DNA from: Promethearchaeota archaeon
Lineage (GTDB): Archaea > Asgardarchaeota > Thorarchaeia > Thorarchaeales > Thorarchaeaceae
Length of the DNA stretch: 17,547 bases
Reading direction: 5' to 3'
NCBI GenBank assembly: GCA_027031765.1
Contig: JALVPN010000049.1
Coordinates: 1-17,547, forward strand
Shown in pieces: positions 15,512 through 17,547 of this stretch. The notes under the pieces are model-generated. The model saw nothing but the letters and a program-made list of their open reading frames with translations. It made no database searches and was not told the origin of the DNA. The position numbers and the translations under genes were made by a program. How positions within the stretch are numbered: the stretch's first letter is position 1; each line of letters opens with the position of its first letter.

Positions 15512-15525
15512 CAATAATGCTTTCG
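15512..15525 (-). promoter_or_regulatory. Putative BRE/TATA box for the LLM gene
   Basis: CGAAAG CATTATTG on the minus strand about 30 nt upstream of ATG 15481. Confidence 0.45.
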
Positions 15526-15572
15526 GACACACAGGGGGCAACTACCAGCAACACGACTGTACTGTTGTCCTG

Positions 15573-15678
15573 CATCCCGGGTGGCGGTCGCACCCTTGGG
15601 ATGGCTATGCGCACCCTGGGGATGTATGTCCCGAGAGGCGGGGACAGGACCGGGACGCTCCGTCGCACCCTGGGGATG
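15573..15678. repeat. Array of 15-bp CGCACCCTKGGGATG repeats (three direct copies plus one imperfect inverted copy)
   Basis: Copies at 15589-15603, 15610-15624 and 15664-15678; inverted imperfect copy CATCCCGGGTGGCG at 15573-15586. Confidence 0.85.
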
Positions 15679-15801
15679 GACATACGAGTGGCGGCACCAC
15701 TGCGCTGGGGTCCGGTGACCGTCTGCACGTAGACGTACGCCGATATGACGGGAGGGAGAACCCACACGGCCGTGCGGGAAACGTCATGAAGGAAGAGAAT
15801 G

Positions 15802-15807
15802 TATAAG
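15802..15807 (+). promoter_or_regulatory. Possible TATA box for the thiolase-DUF35 operon
   Basis: TATAAG preceded by purine-rich GAAGAGAA, about 77 nt upstream of ATG 15884. Confidence 0.35.
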
Positions 15808-15883
15808 TAGGCGGGAACAGAAGGCGGCGGTGGAGGACTATACAGTCGCCATCTGGCGGAACACCACTCGTAGTGGTGATAGG

Positions 15884-17146
15884 ATGACGCGAAAGGTGTG
15901 TATAGCGGGCGGTGCGACGACCCCCTTCGGTTACCCCATGCACATCACACCCGAGGCGATGATTGCCAACTGTGTCGTAGAGACCCAGAACGACATCCCG
16001 GACTTTCACCTCCGGGACCTTGAGTTCATGGTGTACTCACACTTCAGCGTGCACTTTGGCAAGCAGCTGTGCCCCGAGTGGATAGTGCATGACCACCTCG
16101 GACTGGTCGGAGTACCGCACTTCCGCGTGGAGAACGGAGGGAACACGGGCGGGTCGGCGCTGTACGCAGCGTTCCTCGCTGTGAAGTCGGGCCTCTTCGA
16201 TGTCGTTGGTGTTGCCGGCTGGGAGACCATGGACAACGTCACCCAGTCGCAGGGCTCGGAGTTCATCGCGCTGGCCTCGGACACACGGTACGAGGCGTTG
16301 GCCGGGGGGATATACCCCATATACTATGCTGCGATGGCCTACAAGTTCATGAAGGAGCACGACCTCACCGAGGAGGACTTTGCGCTGGCGGCCCTCAAGA
16401 ACAGGAACTATGCTGCTGACAACCCCAAGTCGCAGTGGTACCGTGGAGAGTACAAGAAGTACAAGCGCGACCTCACAGTGGACGACATCATGAACAGCAG
16501 GCTGATAAGCTACCCGTTGAAGCGGTACGACTGCTGTCTGATGAGCCGTGGTGGGGCATTTGCGCTGGTGACCACGGAGGAGTGGGCAAAGAAGCACAGC
16601 GATGGCAAGTACGTGGTAATCGACGGTGCCGGTCTGAGCAGCTGTACAATCCGTGCCGGTGACAGGCTGGCGTTCCCCGGCTGGACCGAGCGGTACGGTG
16701 CCGGCTACCCGGACATGACAGAGTTCGCTGCGTGCCGGCGTTCTGGTGAGATGGCCTACGACATGGCAGGGATAGAGTACAAGGACGCCCTGAAGGAGAT
16801 TGATGTCGCAGAGATCCACGACGCCTTCAGCTCGTCGGAGGTACAGATATACAAGGCGCTGTACTGGTGTGACGAGAGCAACATAAAGGAGTTCGTCAGG
16901 GAGAAGAGGACGTTCATGGAGGGCGACCTGCCAGTGAACCCAGGTGGCGGCCTCATGGGCTTCGGCCACCCGGTGGGTGCGACAGGTATCATGTCTGCTG
17001 TGGAGTGCTACTACCAGCTGACCGACCAGATACCGAAGAAGCACCTGAGCTCCAAGACCTACGTGAGAGACGCCGAGACCGGCCTCGTGAACAGCCACGC
17101 GGGCACCGGGACCAGCATCTCGAACTTCATCCTCAGGAGGCCATGA
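15884..17146 (+). CDS. SCP2-thiolase-like (thiolase-fold) protein lacking the canonical nucleophilic Cys; start re-set to ATG 15884
   Basis: MTRKVCIAGGATTPFG, RVENGGNTGG, YDCCLMSRGG, EIHDAF and GHPVGATG motifs; GGTGAT RBS at 15875-15880. Confidence 0.9.
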   Translation: MTRKVCIAGGATTPFGYPMHITPEAMIANCVVETQNDIPDFHLRDLEFMVYSHFSVHFGKQLCPEWIVHDHLGLVGVPHFRVENGGNTGGSALYAAFLAVKSGLFDVVGVAGWETMDNVTQSQGSEFIALASDTRYEALAGGIYPIYYAAMAYKFMKEHDLTEEDFALAALKNRNYAADNPKSQWYRGEYKKYKRDLTVDDIMNSRLISYPLKRYDCCLMSRGGAFALVTTEEWAKKHSDGKYVVIDGAGLSSCTIRAGDRLAFPGWTERYGAGYPDMTEFAACRRSGEMAYDMAGIEYKDALKEIDVAEIHDAFSSSEVQIYKALYWCDESNIKEFVREKRTFMEGDLPVNPGGGLMGFGHPVGATGIMSAVECYYQLTDQIPKKHLSSKTYVRDAETGLVNSHAGTGTSISNFILRRP

Positions 17147-17148
17147 AG

Positions 17149-17547
17149 ATGGTTGAAGACAAGAGGCTACACAGGATTCCCGACGAGGTCGAGTACACGG
17201 ACAAGCACTCCAATGACTTCCGGGGCGATGTCCGGGAACACGGCTTCCACTTCTGTGGCTACGACTGGGACCCCAAGGAAGAACAGTTCAAGGTCTATCT
17301 CCACTACGACCAGCTCTACTACTGGAAGCTTGCGGAGATCTCCAAGATGGGCCGGGGCTTCCTTGACGGAGAGCTCTGGGGCACACAGTGTCCAAAGTGC
17401 GGCGACAAGTTCTTCCCACCGCGGGTGAACTGCTGGAACCTCGACTGCAACCTTGAGAAGACCGAGTGGGTCAAGCTCAAGCCCGAAGGACATGTCCACA
17501 CCTTCACCGTTGCTGGCTGGAGCGGCAAGTCGTCACTGAAACGCCTG
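17149..17547 (+). CDS. DUF35 Zn-ribbon/OB-fold protein (thiolase partner), 3' truncated by the window end
   Basis: Missing from the ORF track because it has no stop. My translation: MVEDKRLHRIPDEVEY...LWGTQCPKCGDKFFPPRVNCWNLDC...EWVKLKPEGHVHTFTV. AGGAGG RBS at 17135-17140; an upstream ATG 17143 overlaps the thiolase stop (ATGA). Confidence 0.88.
   Translation, partial: MVEDKRLHRIPDEVEYTDKHSNDFRGDVREHGFHFCGYDWDPKEEQFKVYLHYDQLYYWKLAEISKMGRGFLDGELWGTQCPKCGDKFFPPRVNCWNLDCNLEKTEWVKLKPEGHVHTFTVAGWSGKSSLKRL

Noticed and set aside
15573-15678. Repeat array as CRISPR, or as a small repeat protein (ORF 15517-15732, RTLGM x3)
   Set aside because: Repeats are 15 bp with 6- and 39-bp spacers and no cas genes; the peptide repeats are a by-product of the DNA repeats and the ORF has no RBS or clear protein features.
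16037-17098. 353-aa minus-strand ORF
   Set aside because: Antisense shadow of the thiolase-like gene.

Overview
A gene-dense, GC-rich (about 60% by eye) archaeal chromosomal segment. It has GGTGA/GGAGG ribosome-binding sites, TATA/BRE-like promoters and ATG/GTG/TTG starts. The gene content and style suggest Asgard archaea (Thorarchaeota-like), which is an inference. From left to right: end of a sugar-nucleotide epimerase; GT4 glycosyltransferase; second epimerase (-); a NYN ribonuclease with LOTUS/OST-HTH-like repeats and an OHA-like C-terminus (-); a tandem Lrp-like double-HTH regulator (-); a small secreted Ca-motif protein (-) divergent from a Tk-subtilisin-like S8 protease (+); an SCP2 + MBL-fold operon (-); glutamine synthetase (-) divergent from an Lrp/AsnC regulator (+); two tandem paralogous Zn-ribbon membrane proteins (-); an LLM/F420-type oxidoreductase interrupted by an in-frame TGA (-); a repeat array; and a Cys-less thiolase-fold protein with a DUF35 partner (+, truncated). 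I saw no rRNA, tRNA, CRISPR array or transposase. The best leads are the eukaryote-like NYN-LOTUS-OHA protein, the subtilisin that has lost its propeptide, and a recurring GAAA-N3-TTTC palindrome that may define a local Lrp regulon. Family assignments come from motif recognition and recalled consensus sequences; no database searches were run.
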